A DNA stretch of 22,809 nt, taken from contig CBFDTI010000011.1 in the NCBI GenBank assembly GCA_965612795.1, forward strand, positions 1-22,809, written 5' to 3'. This document shows positions 8,715 to 18,069 of this stretch, piece by piece. The notes beneath the pieces are model-generated. The model saw nothing but the letters and a program-made list of their open reading frames with translations. It did not search any database and had not been told where the DNA came from. Both the position numbers and the translations under genes were made by a program. Position 1 is the stretch's first letter; each line of letters starts with the position of its first letter. Source of the stretch: an uncultured bacterium (lineage in GTDB: Bacteria > Hydrothermota > UBA3073 > NMUJ01).

Positions 8715-10412
8715 TCATCGTAACACTATTATTTTACGTACGAGATTTGTACCTTCAAGTCGTACAAAGTATACACCAGGGTGCAGAACTTCTGGTACCC
8801 TCCACACATATATACCTGTGTGTTGTACAGCCACGCTGTGCAATTTTCTGCCAGTAAGATCGTAAATCGCTAACTCACGTACAGATGGTGTGTAATAATG
8901 TATCTGGAATACATCCATACCGATGGTGGGATACACCTGCAACTGTAGCATATGGGTACGACCTTCTGTCACACCTATCGGTTTACCATAATGTATATCC
9001 TCAAATGGTGACGATGGATGTACAGGGTCGCTGTGTGTTGCACCTTTGTAGTACAGTTTTAACGCACGTCCTACAAGGTAACGTGCACCGGGGTACCATT
9101 GTGAGTTGAAAAACGGTGGTTCACCGTAACCGCCATCAAGTCCATAGCCGACACCTGCTGCCCATACGATGGTTAGGGTTTCGTGGTCACGTATTCTGAA
9201 TGGCCCATATGTTAATAGAAACCTATAGTCGAACACATCTGCGTCCCGGATGAATGGATGTTGCATAAAGCAATGGTATTCACCGCTACCGGGTGGATAC
9301 TCACAGAATGGATGTGTACACGTCATATATGCGAATTTATCCGCATCTGTACCGGGGTCGTTTTCCCAGTTCCACCACGTATGTGAACACGGGCGTGGCA
9401 ACCTACATTCGAGGCCATGCTCGTCGATCCATACTGAATCATACATACATGGTGGCGTGTATAAGAAAGCTACCCATATGTAGCCGGGTGCTAATAAGTG
9501 TCCCTCGTAGGGTTCATCCTCGCAAGGTTCGCCTTCGTCATCACCCGGTCGTGCGGGGTTGTCACCATCGTACATATATGAGAAGTTACGCCATATGTGT
9601 AGTGTATCGTTGACCATTTGCGAGCCGTTCCAGACGAGTTCGTCGGGCTCATCACCCCACACAAGTAGCTGATCCCATATGCCATCAGGTAATGTATCAA
9701 TTGTACCATCAGGACGTAGGGTCACATAATCGTACGGATATGGTACAACCTCATGCAGATGTGGGTGATAGGTTGCTGTCCATTCACCACGTGTATCGCC
9801 ATCGTAGCTTACAAGGTCGTCGATGTGACAATTGGGTGATACCTCACCTCCTACGTCGGCATCAAAAAGTATCGCTACATAGATGTTGAGCGAATCTTCC
9901 GGATAGTACGCATGCTCTTTATAATACGTGATATCATGTTGCACGATGATGAAGTCACAGAATTCGGGATCGGACCAACCCATAACACGTTGATGTACCT
10001 GTAAGCCAAGTGGCCTATCGTTGCATTCAGGGTTCCAATCATCAAACGTACACACTATGTCACGTGTACCGATGGCAGAATCACCCTCTATAACATCAAA
10101 CGTACTGCCTTCGGATGGACTCCATTCATAAGCACCAAAATCTGCATGGCTTACCAATTGCATGCCATTGATTTCGGTACCTATCCATAGTCTGCCTTCA
10201 AATAAGTAATACACGCTCAAATCACTACCAGGCCAATGGAACGTTGGTAACCAATCCATGGGATCACCGTATGTGCCAAAGTTGCTGACTGCCGTCCATA
10301 GTCTACCAACATCCATCGATCTATATTCTCGTGGTGGTCGCTGTGTGGCATGAACTGTTAATGTGATCAACTGAACAAAAATTGTACACAAAATTGGTAT
10401 CAATCGCAACAT
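8715..10412 (-). CDS. Secreted protein of unknown function with T9SS-like CTD
   Basis: Hydrophobic signal peptide; Asp/Trp/Tyr-rich body (DVGRLWTAVSNFGTYGD...YLFEGRLWIG); IGVTE linker then IYDLTGRK...PGVYFVRL...KIIVLR. Confidence 0.8.
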   Translation of the reverse strand: MLRLIPILCTIFVQLITLTVHATQRPPREYRSMDVGRLWTAVSNFGTYGDPMDWLPTFHWPGSDLSVYYLFEGRLWIGTEINGMQLVSHADFGAYEWSPSEGSTFDVIEGDSAIGTRDIVCTFDDWNPECNDRPLGLQVHQRVMGWSDPEFCDFIIVQHDITYYKEHAYYPEDSLNIYVAILFDADVGGEVSPNCHIDDLVSYDGDTRGEWTATYHPHLHEVVPYPYDYVTLRPDGTIDTLPDGIWDQLLVWGDEPDELVWNGSQMVNDTLHIWRNFSYMYDGDNPARPGDDEGEPCEDEPYEGHLLAPGYIWVAFLYTPPCMYDSVWIDEHGLECRLPRPCSHTWWNWENDPGTDADKFAYMTCTHPFCEYPPGSGEYHCFMQHPFIRDADVFDYRFLLTYGPFRIRDHETLTIVWAAGVGYGLDGGYGEPPFFNSQWYPGARYLVGRALKLYYKGATHSDPVHPSSPFEDIHYGKPIGVTEGRTHMLQLQVYPTIGMDVFQIHYYTPSVRELAIYDLTGRKLHSVAVQHTGIYVWRVPEVLHPGVYFVRLEGTNLVRKIIVLR

Positions 10413-10461
10413 CTTATCCCCTACTTATGTCAAATTATGCTTCACATTCATATATCCGCAA

Positions 10462-11841
10462 CTATCGTATAACAATCAATTTACCTTTGGCAACTGTTTC
10501 GTGAGAGGTGGCTATTTGATAGAAGTATATACCACTTTGTGTCAACATATCAGGTGGTATGGTGAATGTATGGATTGTACCTGAAGCTTTATAGCCAAGG
10601 TTGAACTTTCTTATCGTTTGACCTGTAAGCTCAAAGATCGATACTGTTACATGGGCAGGTTTGATAAGTTTAAACTGAAGCGAAGGGTTTGACGTACCCA
10701 GGATGAGCCAATCCCTGTATTCGGTAAATTGTGCAAGCTTCTCTTTCACCCCTACGTTTGTACCTTTACGGTAATAAAGATCGGATTGATCACCACCACC
10801 ATTCACGGCAGGACCCTGTGACCATACCACATGTAAATTGTCCATATCATCTATAGCTATGGCAGGAAATATAGAAGGTGAATTTGAAAGCCTCTCGGGA
10901 ACTGTCCAACCAGTATCTAATAGTGTACTGTGATACAGATACTCGAACTGAGACGCTATTGTAATTTTTATCCAGATCAAATGCAAATGTCCCTCATTAT
11001 CGAACACGAAATCTATCTGATGCCTACGTTCATCATCCGAAATTAAGAACGGACCTTTCCAACCTTCAGTATCTCTGTATGCATAGTAGAGGCAACCATT
11101 ATCTCCCCATATCACCCAGGGTCTACATTTGTCATCCAACTTCATTTTTAAATCGCGATCATCCACATCTTCAATACACGGTATGATTTCAGCATTAGAC
11201 CATTCTATGCTGTCATATTTTTTGTAGTAAACATGGCTACGTCTACCATCTTCCGAATATGCCCATATCACATGTAAATTACCAGCAGTATCTATATCTA
11301 CTTGTGGTAAGTAACAGCTACCATTTAGTTGGTTCGTGAAGTTCACAGGTTCGGACCAAGAAACCCCATCATACGTTACATAGTAACACTGATGATCATA
11401 CCCATATTCACGCCAGAATACCCATATTCTATTTTGCTTATCCACCACAATCACAGCATCCTCCTCCGAACCCGGCTGGTTGGAGATATCAACAGGTGTA
11501 GCCCATGTGTCACCACACTGATATGTCCAGAATATGTCACCGTAGTTCTGTGTCCATATAACATGTATAGTATTTGTACTATCTATAGCAATATCAGGCA
11601 CCGTACATATTGAGGAATCTTCTCCCCATATTCTTTCGATACTACTCCAGTGTTCCCCTCCATCATCACTCTGGATATAGTAAATGTCCCAGTCAAGATA
11701 AAATCCGTGTCTTTCTGTCCATGCTATGGCAACTCTATTGTCTTTACATACTATAGCAGGTAAATAAGAAATTGCATCCGATTGCGATAAGTTAACAGGT
11801 TCGCTCCACGATATACTCAATATGATAATTATGATCATCAT
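10462..11841 (-). CDS. Secreted beta-propeller (sialidase/BNR-like repeat) protein with T9SS-like CTD
   Basis: Repeats of WSxPVNxS...P.IAID....HVIW...IYY; one Asp-box-like SDDGGEHW; VGVKE linker; SGIYFYQI...KGKLIVIR. Confidence 0.78.
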   Translation of the reverse strand: MMIIIIILSISWSEPVNLSQSDAISYLPAIVCKDNRVAIAWTERHGFYLDWDIYYIQSDDGGEHWSSIERIWGEDSSICTVPDIAIDSTNTIHVIWTQNYGDIFWTYQCGDTWATPVDISNQPGSEEDAVIVVDKQNRIWVFWREYGYDHQCYYVTYDGVSWSEPVNFTNQLNGSCYLPQVDIDTAGNLHVIWAYSEDGRRSHVYYKKYDSIEWSNAEIIPCIEDVDDRDLKMKLDDKCRPWVIWGDNGCLYYAYRDTEGWKGPFLISDDERRHQIDFVFDNEGHLHLIWIKITIASQFEYLYHSTLLDTGWTVPERLSNSPSIFPAIAIDDMDNLHVVWSQGPAVNGGGDQSDLYYRKGTNVGVKEKLAQFTEYRDWLILGTSNPSLQFKLIKPAHVTVSIFELTGQTIRKFNLGYKASGTIHTFTIPPDMLTQSGIYFYQIATSHETVAKGKLIVIR

Positions 11842-11849
11842 CGTAAATT

Positions 11850-11874
11850 ACCCCTGGGGAATCCCCCCAGGGGT
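11850..11874. repeat. Strong GC-rich intergenic hairpin
   Basis: ACCCCTGGGG-AATCC-CCCCAGGGGT: 10-bp stem, 5-nt loop, in a 39-bp gap; no clear U-tract on the transcribed (minus) strand. Confidence 0.7.
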
Positions 11875-11880
11875 TACCTT

Positions 11881-13575
11881 TTAGTGGAACACTGTTAGTT
11901 TTTTGAACATTCTCTCACCACCAAATATTAGTTTCAAGAAGTATACCCCAGCAGGAAGGTCCGTAACATCGAGCTTTAATACCTTATGCCCGGGTTCAAC
12001 TTTACACCTTATCGTACGTACTCTTTCACCCATCGTATTATATAGTGTCAATATTCCATCACCCGATCGTGGTACATTAAGTTCAATTACTGCGATATCT
12101 CTCACGGGATTCGTCCGTACAGTCAGATTAAGTGTGGGCTGCTCGTTTGCAGCAAATCCACCACCATATCCAGGGATGTAAGTATATACCGTTATTATAT
12201 TCGATGCATCGCTTTCGTTTTTGGCAATATCGACTGCTGTCACGTAGTAATAATAGGTTTTACCAATATCGGCAATATCACAATAGGAGTTGGATTTCGA
12301 TCCCCCTCGCCATGTCCATGTGCCATTAGCCTCCTTTCTGTAGATATAGTAGCCAACGAGATCTGCTTCGGTGTTGGGATCCCAGCTTAACCACACCAGT
12401 GCATAGGGTGGCTGTGCCAATATGCTAACATCTGCAGGCTCGGGAGATTCAACAAACGTTACACTATCACATTGTAACCCTGTAGGTGCATCTGGTGCCA
12501 GATAATCGTTCCATCCCAGGAACACATTATCTCCAATATTACCGATGTCACTATATTGCGGATGTTCTGGTCTATGGGGTGGATCACCATGATAATTGCC
12601 AGCTATCCCATTTTAATACATATTGTTTTATCTCACTCATCGAGACAAGTAGATCGTGATTGTAATCAGACCGTATTGGAATACCTTTAGGAGTTTCACC
12701 ACGTGCTGCATTCATGGCATGGAAGCTAAATTCACCATGTGTTTGCAGTATCGTATCTTGTAGATCTTCAGAGAAATACACGTCATGTTCCGCATCATAA
12801 ACCATATATTGTTTCCAATTGTCTGGATCATACCACGGTCGCCATATGGGAATATCGTCTGCTTTGTAAGCTACTTCACTATCTGCACATGCGGTAAAAA
12901 TAATAGTATTGGTATCCGCGAGGTCATCGATAAAACCTCCGCTATGACATGGTTGCATCCAGATAGTTTTTGTCCCACAATGAATATTAGCTAATGAATC
13001 TGCAAATTCGTAATCCCAAATGCTGTCTGCGCCATCTTCTACTCTAAAATACGAATGTATACCGTTCCAGTTGCCATGACTCTCTATTAAACAGAAGAGA
13101 TTATCTTCTGACGTCATAGAATCTACCTGCTCACTGCCATGTGCAAGCTTGTGTAGAAATGTCATGATGGTATCCTTGTAGTATGGATAATCTGTTATTT
13201 GCTGAATTCCATAACGTTGCAGTGCATTATAGCGATTCATATCCAAATATTCTCTCTGGGCATAATCTTCTCCATTTGCTCCATAAAATACCCAGATATG
13301 ATCGTATTCTGGGGCACTACCTTGTAAACTGTAACACTCTTTAAAATATAACAGTTCCCACATGAGGAATGGATCTGTCCACCAACATAACCAGTTTCCC
13401 CATATACGAGTATAATGCAGATCGTTGAATGTCATGCTACCTGTCCCGGGTTTATTGGTAGGAACACATGTGCTTCATACCCAGAGATTATCAGTGCATT
13501 GTGATTTACGCCTGATGCCAGCGAACTTGTACAGAGGTAAAAGATAATTGCTACAAAATACCTTGACTTCATCAT
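11881..13575 (-). pseudogene. Secreted clan CD (C13 legumain/caspase-like) cysteine peptidase + FN3 + CTD, broken by two frameshifts
   Basis: GGAGG RBS then MMKSRYFVAIIFYLCTSSLA-SGVNHNALIISG from 13575; shift near 13436-13475 into ORF 12584..13435 (ESHG and QPCHSGGFIDDL dyad motifs); shift near 12585-12612 into NYHGDPPHRPEHPQYSDIGNIGDNVFLGW, continuous with ORF 11881..12525 (APDAPTGL FN3; PAGVYFLKL CTD). Confidence 0.8.
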
Positions 13576-13582
13576 GCCCTCC

Positions 13583-14994
13583 TCATTTTACAATAATTAA
13601 TTTGCCATTAAGTGTATTTTGTGTAGTTACAATTGAATAGAAATATACACCAGGTGCAAGATGCTCGGTCGATATATTTATTGAATGTTTGCCAACAGGT
13701 TTGTAACCTAAATTGTACACTTGTATGGTTTGACCCAAAAGATTTGAAACAATAAATTGTACACAAGATGCTACAGGTAGTACATACTCGAATTTTATGA
13801 CGTCTGAGTACACAACTATATTTCGTGGTGTATATAAATTTAGTTCCCTTACACCACTTAGACAATGCTTTCTGTAGAATATGTCAAAAACATACTCACC
13901 ACCATGATCTGTCCACACTACATGTAAGCAGCCGGTGGAATCGATTGCAAAGTCAACAAAAATTGCATTGCCGGGCTCTTGATCAGATATGTCAATAACT
14001 GGTGACCATTCACTGCCATCATAGCATGTGTACCAGAGCTGCGGCCCTATACCACTCCATGCCACATGAACGTTACCGTAATAGTCAACTATGAGGTCAG
14101 GTACATATCCCTTTTCACCGGGTGTAAGTAAACTATCAAGTGCTACAGGTGTTGACCATCCGTTATCGTAGTATGAATAAAAACGCGTGGATATCCTTGT
14201 CGTTCTTCCCACGTGACGTGTGGGTTATTATCTGGTCCTACCGCTATGTTAGGATAATCTGATTGTTCGGGAATTCTCGACACGTTTACAGGTGTACTCC
14301 ATGTACCATTTTCGTATTTGGAGTAGTAAACCTCAACAGTCCTATCATCGTATGGTATCCTATAATGTAGCCATACAAGATGTAGATTATCTGTTCTGTC
14401 GACTGTTATTCTCGGATATGTGTTACCTGCAGGATTATGATGTATTTCAACAGCAGATGACCAGCCATTGCTATCACGTACAGCGTAATAGATTTGATGT
14501 TCGCCACTAATCACATCTTGCCACACAAGATGTATGCGATTCTTGCTATCTATTGCTATGTCGCCATAGTTGACGATGGAGAAGCCACCTTGCAGACTGT
14601 CAGATATAGGTATTGGTGTTGTCCACGTGTCACCATCAAAGTAACTATAGTACAGTTTATAAGTAGGTCCCCAGTGACTGCGATCTACCCATATAACGTG
14701 TGGATGGTTAAATGTATCAACTGCTATCCTTGGATCCCATGATTCAGTCGAATCGTGTGAGACGTTCACAACTTCACACCAGCTATCACCACAACAGCAC
14801 CTATACAGTATATCAGCAGGTTGCTCATCAGGCCATGTCTGAAAATCTATCCATACAACATGTACACTGCCATCTCTGCCAACAGCAATAGCGGCACAGT
14901 TAGATTTGCGTGGTGTCTGCGAAATGTTCATAGGCTCCGTCCAACCACAAACCACTAAGGGTATGAGAAAAATTATCACCCGTTCGATCCTCAT
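13583..14994 (-). pseudogene. Secreted beta-propeller protein with CTD, split by a one-base frameshift; paralog of 10462..11841
   Basis: ORFs 14143..14994 and 13583..14212 join as ...WEERQGYPRVF-YSYYDNGWSTPV... if the 5-base run at 14179-14183 (T5 on the coding strand) gains one base. Same repeats and same GQTI...NLGYK..G CTD subtype as the paralog. Confidence 0.82.
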
Positions 14995-15000
14995 TTAAAA

Positions 15001-15028
15001 ATTATAACCATAATTGGGATAGTATCAA
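15001..15028 (-). promoter_or_regulatory. Putative sigma70 promoter for a leaderless transcript of the 14994 gene
   Basis: TTGATA (15028-15023)-N16-TATAAT (15006-15001), 6 nt before the ATG at 14994; no SD sequence. Confidence 0.55.
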
Positions 15029-15030
15029 GA

Positions 15031-16056
15031 TTACATTTCGATGATACCGCCACCTACTATTATATCGCCATCGTAGAAGGCAGCCAGCTGGCCTGGTGTA
15101 GGTGCAAACTGTGGGGTATCGAACTCAACGTGAGCGATGGAGCCATCTACCACTACGTTGGCAGGTGCTGCCGTATGTCGATACCTTATACGTACGTTAA
15201 CCCGTACCGATTTGCTCTTCAGTCGCCACACTATGAGCTTAACGTCGATACGTTTCTTATATGCATGTTTGCGTGTACCGACAACTATGCGGTTATTGGT
15301 GGCATCTATTTTCAAAACATACAGTGGTGAGCCAGCCGGTATACCCAACCCTTTACGTTGACCAACTGTGTAGTTCAGGTACCCACGATGTGTACCCAAT
15401 TTTCTACCACTGTAGTCGATAACATCACCCGGTGTCAACTCTACATTATAGTGTTGCTGCAGGAACTCAACATAGTTGCCGTTGACAAAACATAGATCCT
15501 GGCTCGTACGTTCTACCACAGGTAGCTTAGCATTACGTGCAATATCGATAACCTCTGCATGTGTGAGCTCACCCAACGGAAATATAACATGTGGTAACAC
15601 CGAGGGTTGCAACAATGCCAGGAAATATGCTTGCGATTTGTTCAAATCCTTCGCCTCACGTATGTAGAATTCGCTGTTGTGTTCGACAATCCTTGCGTAA
15701 TGCCCGGTAGCTATGTAATCGGCACCCATCTCACGTACCTTATCCCATAGGAGGCCAAACTTAAGCTCACGATTACATATAGCGCATGGGTTGGGTGTCC
15801 TACCATTGATGTATTCGTTAGCAAAGTAGTCGATTACGCGGTTTTTGAATTCCTCCGTAAGCTCGACGGTATGGTGTGGTATACCAATGTATTCTGCTAC
15901 ACGGCGAGCTGCCTCCACAATGTTAGAGCCACACGCATGCGAAAGCTCCTTTGTGTACATGGTGATACCAAACACCTCGTAACCACTGTGTTTAAGAATA
16001 TACGCGGCAACTGACGAATCTTTGCCACCACTCATACAGATTGCAACCCTATGCAT
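15031..16056 (-). CDS. mnmA: tRNA 2-thiouridine(34) synthase
   Basis: MSGGKDSS PP-loop, GRTPNPCAICN, IATGHYAR, SQDLCF, YTVGQRKGLG, PGQLAAFYDGD..VGGGII. Confidence 0.95.
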   Translation of the reverse strand: MHRVAICMSGGKDSSVAAYILKHSGYEVFGITMYTKELSHACGSNIVEAARRVAEYIGIPHHTVELTEEFKNRVIDYFANEYINGRTPNPCAICNRELKFGLLWDKVREMGADYIATGHYARIVEHNSEFYIREAKDLNKSQAYFLALLQPSVLPHVIFPLGELTHAEVIDIARNAKLPVVERTSQDLCFVNGNYVEFLQQHYNVELTPGDVIDYSGRKLGTHRGYLNYTVGQRKGLGIPAGSPLYVLKIDATNNRIVVGTRKHAYKKRIDVKLIVWRLKSKSVRVNVRIRYRHTAAPANVVVDGSIAHVEFDTPQFAPTPGQLAAFYDGDIIVGGGIIEM

Positions 16057-16936
16057 GGTGGAGCTTATCCTTCAACCTACAGAAGCTACACACACCAGCG
16101 GTTGTGGGATAGCCACACTTTTCACATGGTGCAAGCTTCTCCCTCGTGGTGGATGGAAATATATCACGTAACTCGTAGAAGCCTTTCAAGAAGCGTAACT
16201 TCGTACCTGGCATGCGATCTTCTATCTCGTTGAATATATTCTTGTAAAATATGCTGGTGGCGTGTTTCGAATATGGACACTCTATCATCACATAGTCAAT
16301 ATCCACAAAGAACGTGTATATAGCGGATTCGTACTCGCTAACAAGTACGTAGGGTTTGACCTTCTTCGTAAACCCATCCGCTGCCGGCAGTACCGGGTAT
16401 TGGCGTGCAAGGTAATCTGATTGCCAGTTGAGCAGGTTACCAAACAGTGTAGCAACTTCATCGTCAAGATTGTGCCCTGTAGCTACTACATCAAACTTTT
16501 GTGCTGCACGGTTTATCATGTAGCGTTTGACCATACCACATATGGAGCATATCGGACGATGTACCTTCTGCGCTACTTCATGTATACCGAGGCCTAACTC
16601 ATCTACCACACTTTCTATGATAACCGGTATGCCGGTCATTTCGTGAAACTTCTTAACTTTATCAACCGATATGTCCGAATACTCCGGTATACCGAGGTTG
16701 ATATGATACCCTGTAACATTATAGCCGAGCGAGTTAAGCAAGTGTAGCAACCCCATGCTGTCCTTGCCACCTGATACTGCCACCAATATGCGTGCATCCT
16801 TTGTGAACATCTTAAACTTACGTATGGTGCGTTCAACACGTCGCCGGAAGAACTGCAGAAAGTGTTCACGACACAATGCAATGTTGTGTGACTTAAGTCT
16901 CACCTCGGCTTTGGCACCACAGATTTTACACTTCAT
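16049..16936 (-). CDS. ttuA: TtuA-type tRNA 2-thiolation enzyme (TtcA/TtuA/Ncs6 family)
   Basis: N-terminal Zn finger CKIC...C..H, VAVSGGKDS, CSICG, ATGHNLDDE, ECPYS, C-terminal CEKC...CSFC. Start placed at MKCKICG (16936) rather than the track's 16966. Confidence 0.88.
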   Translation of the reverse strand: MKCKICGAKAEVRLKSHNIALCREHFLQFFRRRVERTIRKFKMFTKDARILVAVSGGKDSMGLLHLLNSLGYNVTGYHINLGIPEYSDISVDKVKKFHEMTGIPVIIESVVDELGLGIHEVAQKVHRPICSICGMVKRYMINRAAQKFDVVATGHNLDDEVATLFGNLLNWQSDYLARQYPVLPAADGFTKKVKPYVLVSEYESAIYTFFVDIDYVMIECPYSKHATSIFYKNIFNEIEDRMPGTKLRFLKGFYELRDIFPSTTREKLAPCEKCGYPTTAGVCSFCRLKDKLHHA

Positions 16937-17026
16937 CACTTGCTCAGTAAAAATAACGTAAATCACGTACTAATCCAGTCACACATGATTGTGAAGTTAT
17001 CAACCGAATATCTGAAAAGGTTATTC

Positions 17027-17149
17027 TTACTTTACGATAATAAGTTTGTGTAGCTTAACAAACTTATCTGTATGGAGTTTAACAAAATATATTCCAATGG
17101 ATAGCTGTTTGGCATCGTAACGTACAATGTGATAACCAAGTTTCAACAA
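17027..17149 (-). pseudogene. Orphan 3' fragment of a T9SS-like CTD
   Basis: Reads LLKLGYHIVRYDAKQLSIGIYFVKLHTDKFVKLHKLIIVK* directly after TAG TAA, in the same frame as the upstream lipoprotein remnant. Confidence 0.65.
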
Positions 17150-17797
17150 TTACTATCCCTCGGTAGGTGATGTAAAACACACAGAACTCAAATATCTTCC
17201 AGGAAATCCTAAGGTGGCCGAATCCACTATCACTTTCCACTGGACACCATTATAATGGAGGACAACTGACCCCGGTTCAAGACCACCGCCAACTACCCAA
17301 CCATTATGAGGGGATAAGAAATAGCAATCTAAAAGAGGGGCAGATGTTAGGCTCTCAGCTTTATGTCACTTGCCATTGTAATAGTGTAATATTATACCAC
17401 CTGAGCCAACTGCCCATCCTTTATAAGGTGATAAGAAGTAAACAGAGCATAATCCTTCAGATGTTGGACTTTCTACTTTATGCCAATTATTGCTATCGTA
17501 ATGTAATATAGTGCCAGAATTCCCACAGCCAGCCGTCATCAGGCGATAAAATAAACTGAATTGAGTCTCCCTTGAAGTTGGGCTCTCCACCAAACTCCAC
17601 TTTTTACCATCCCAATGAATTATAACACCTGAATCACCAACCGCCCATGCATTATCTTCAGATAGTGCAAACACCGAATATAAACCTTTATCTGTTGGGC
17701 TTTCAACCTCCTGCCAGTCACCTGATGGTTGTGGAATCTCTCGACACCCTACTACAAGGAATAGGTACAAACTACAGAATGGATAAATTCTACTCAT
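17150..17797 (-). pseudogene. Decayed lipoprotein with WD40/YCF48-like repeats (W..VESPT...L.SV.F.S...GWAVG..G.ILHY.G..W)
   Basis: RBS then MSRIYPFCSLYLFLVVGC (lipobox). Small indels scramble repeat 2 (RLNSVYF and SPDDGW appear in other frames). Expected Trp codons read TGA (17368-17366) and TAG (17155-17153), with the repeat pattern continuing between them. Confidence 0.8.
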
Positions 17798-17819
17798 CGC
17801 CCTCTCCATATTAAATGCC

Positions 17820-17968
17820 CACAAAGTATACCCCTGCTCCTACTGTTACGCCACGATCGTTGGTACTGTCCCAGCTATACTCCTTGTTTATGGGCTTTAT
17901 CCACCAACCTTACTAACCGACCCGTCACATCGTAGATTTCGAGCCTCACAGGACACGGTTTCATAACC
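17820..17968 (-). repeat. Degenerate copy of the CTD-coding segment at 22398..22557
   Basis: Manual alignment: 16 substitutions in 149 nt (~89% identity) plus 3-bp and 8-bp deletions; reads VRLEIYDVTGRLVRLVDKAHKQGV*/WDSTNDRGVTVGAGVYFV. Confidence 0.9.
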
Positions 17969-18020
17969 AAAGCTCAAAGAGAAGCTAAACAGTTGAAAAA
18001 CCCGAAATTTCAATTTAAAC

Positions 18021-18064
18021 TTGACAAAAATAATCTTAAACAGTATAATAAGTGAGAGGGAGGT
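18021..18064 (+). promoter_or_regulatory. Consensus sigma70 promoter and RBS
   Basis: TTGACA (18021-18026)-N17-TATAAT (18044-18049), AT-rich upstream, GGAGGT at 18059-18064, ATG at 18070. Confidence 0.85.
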
Positions 18065-18069
18065 AAAAA

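Noticed and set aside
13583..14212. ORF 13583..14212 as an independent gene
   Set aside because: It lacks a signal peptide and is the frameshifted continuation of 14143..14994.
226..17000. Numerous short plus-strand ORFs and nested alternate-frame ORFs in the track
   Set aside because: They are antisense or off-frame shadows of well-supported genes and show no recognisable motifs.
17150..17368. In-frame TGA at a Trp position suggesting TGA recoding (Trp or Sec)
   Set aside because: A second Trp position reads TAG, the gene also has indels, and TGA terminates intact genes such as guaA and yitJ; ordinary decay explains it.
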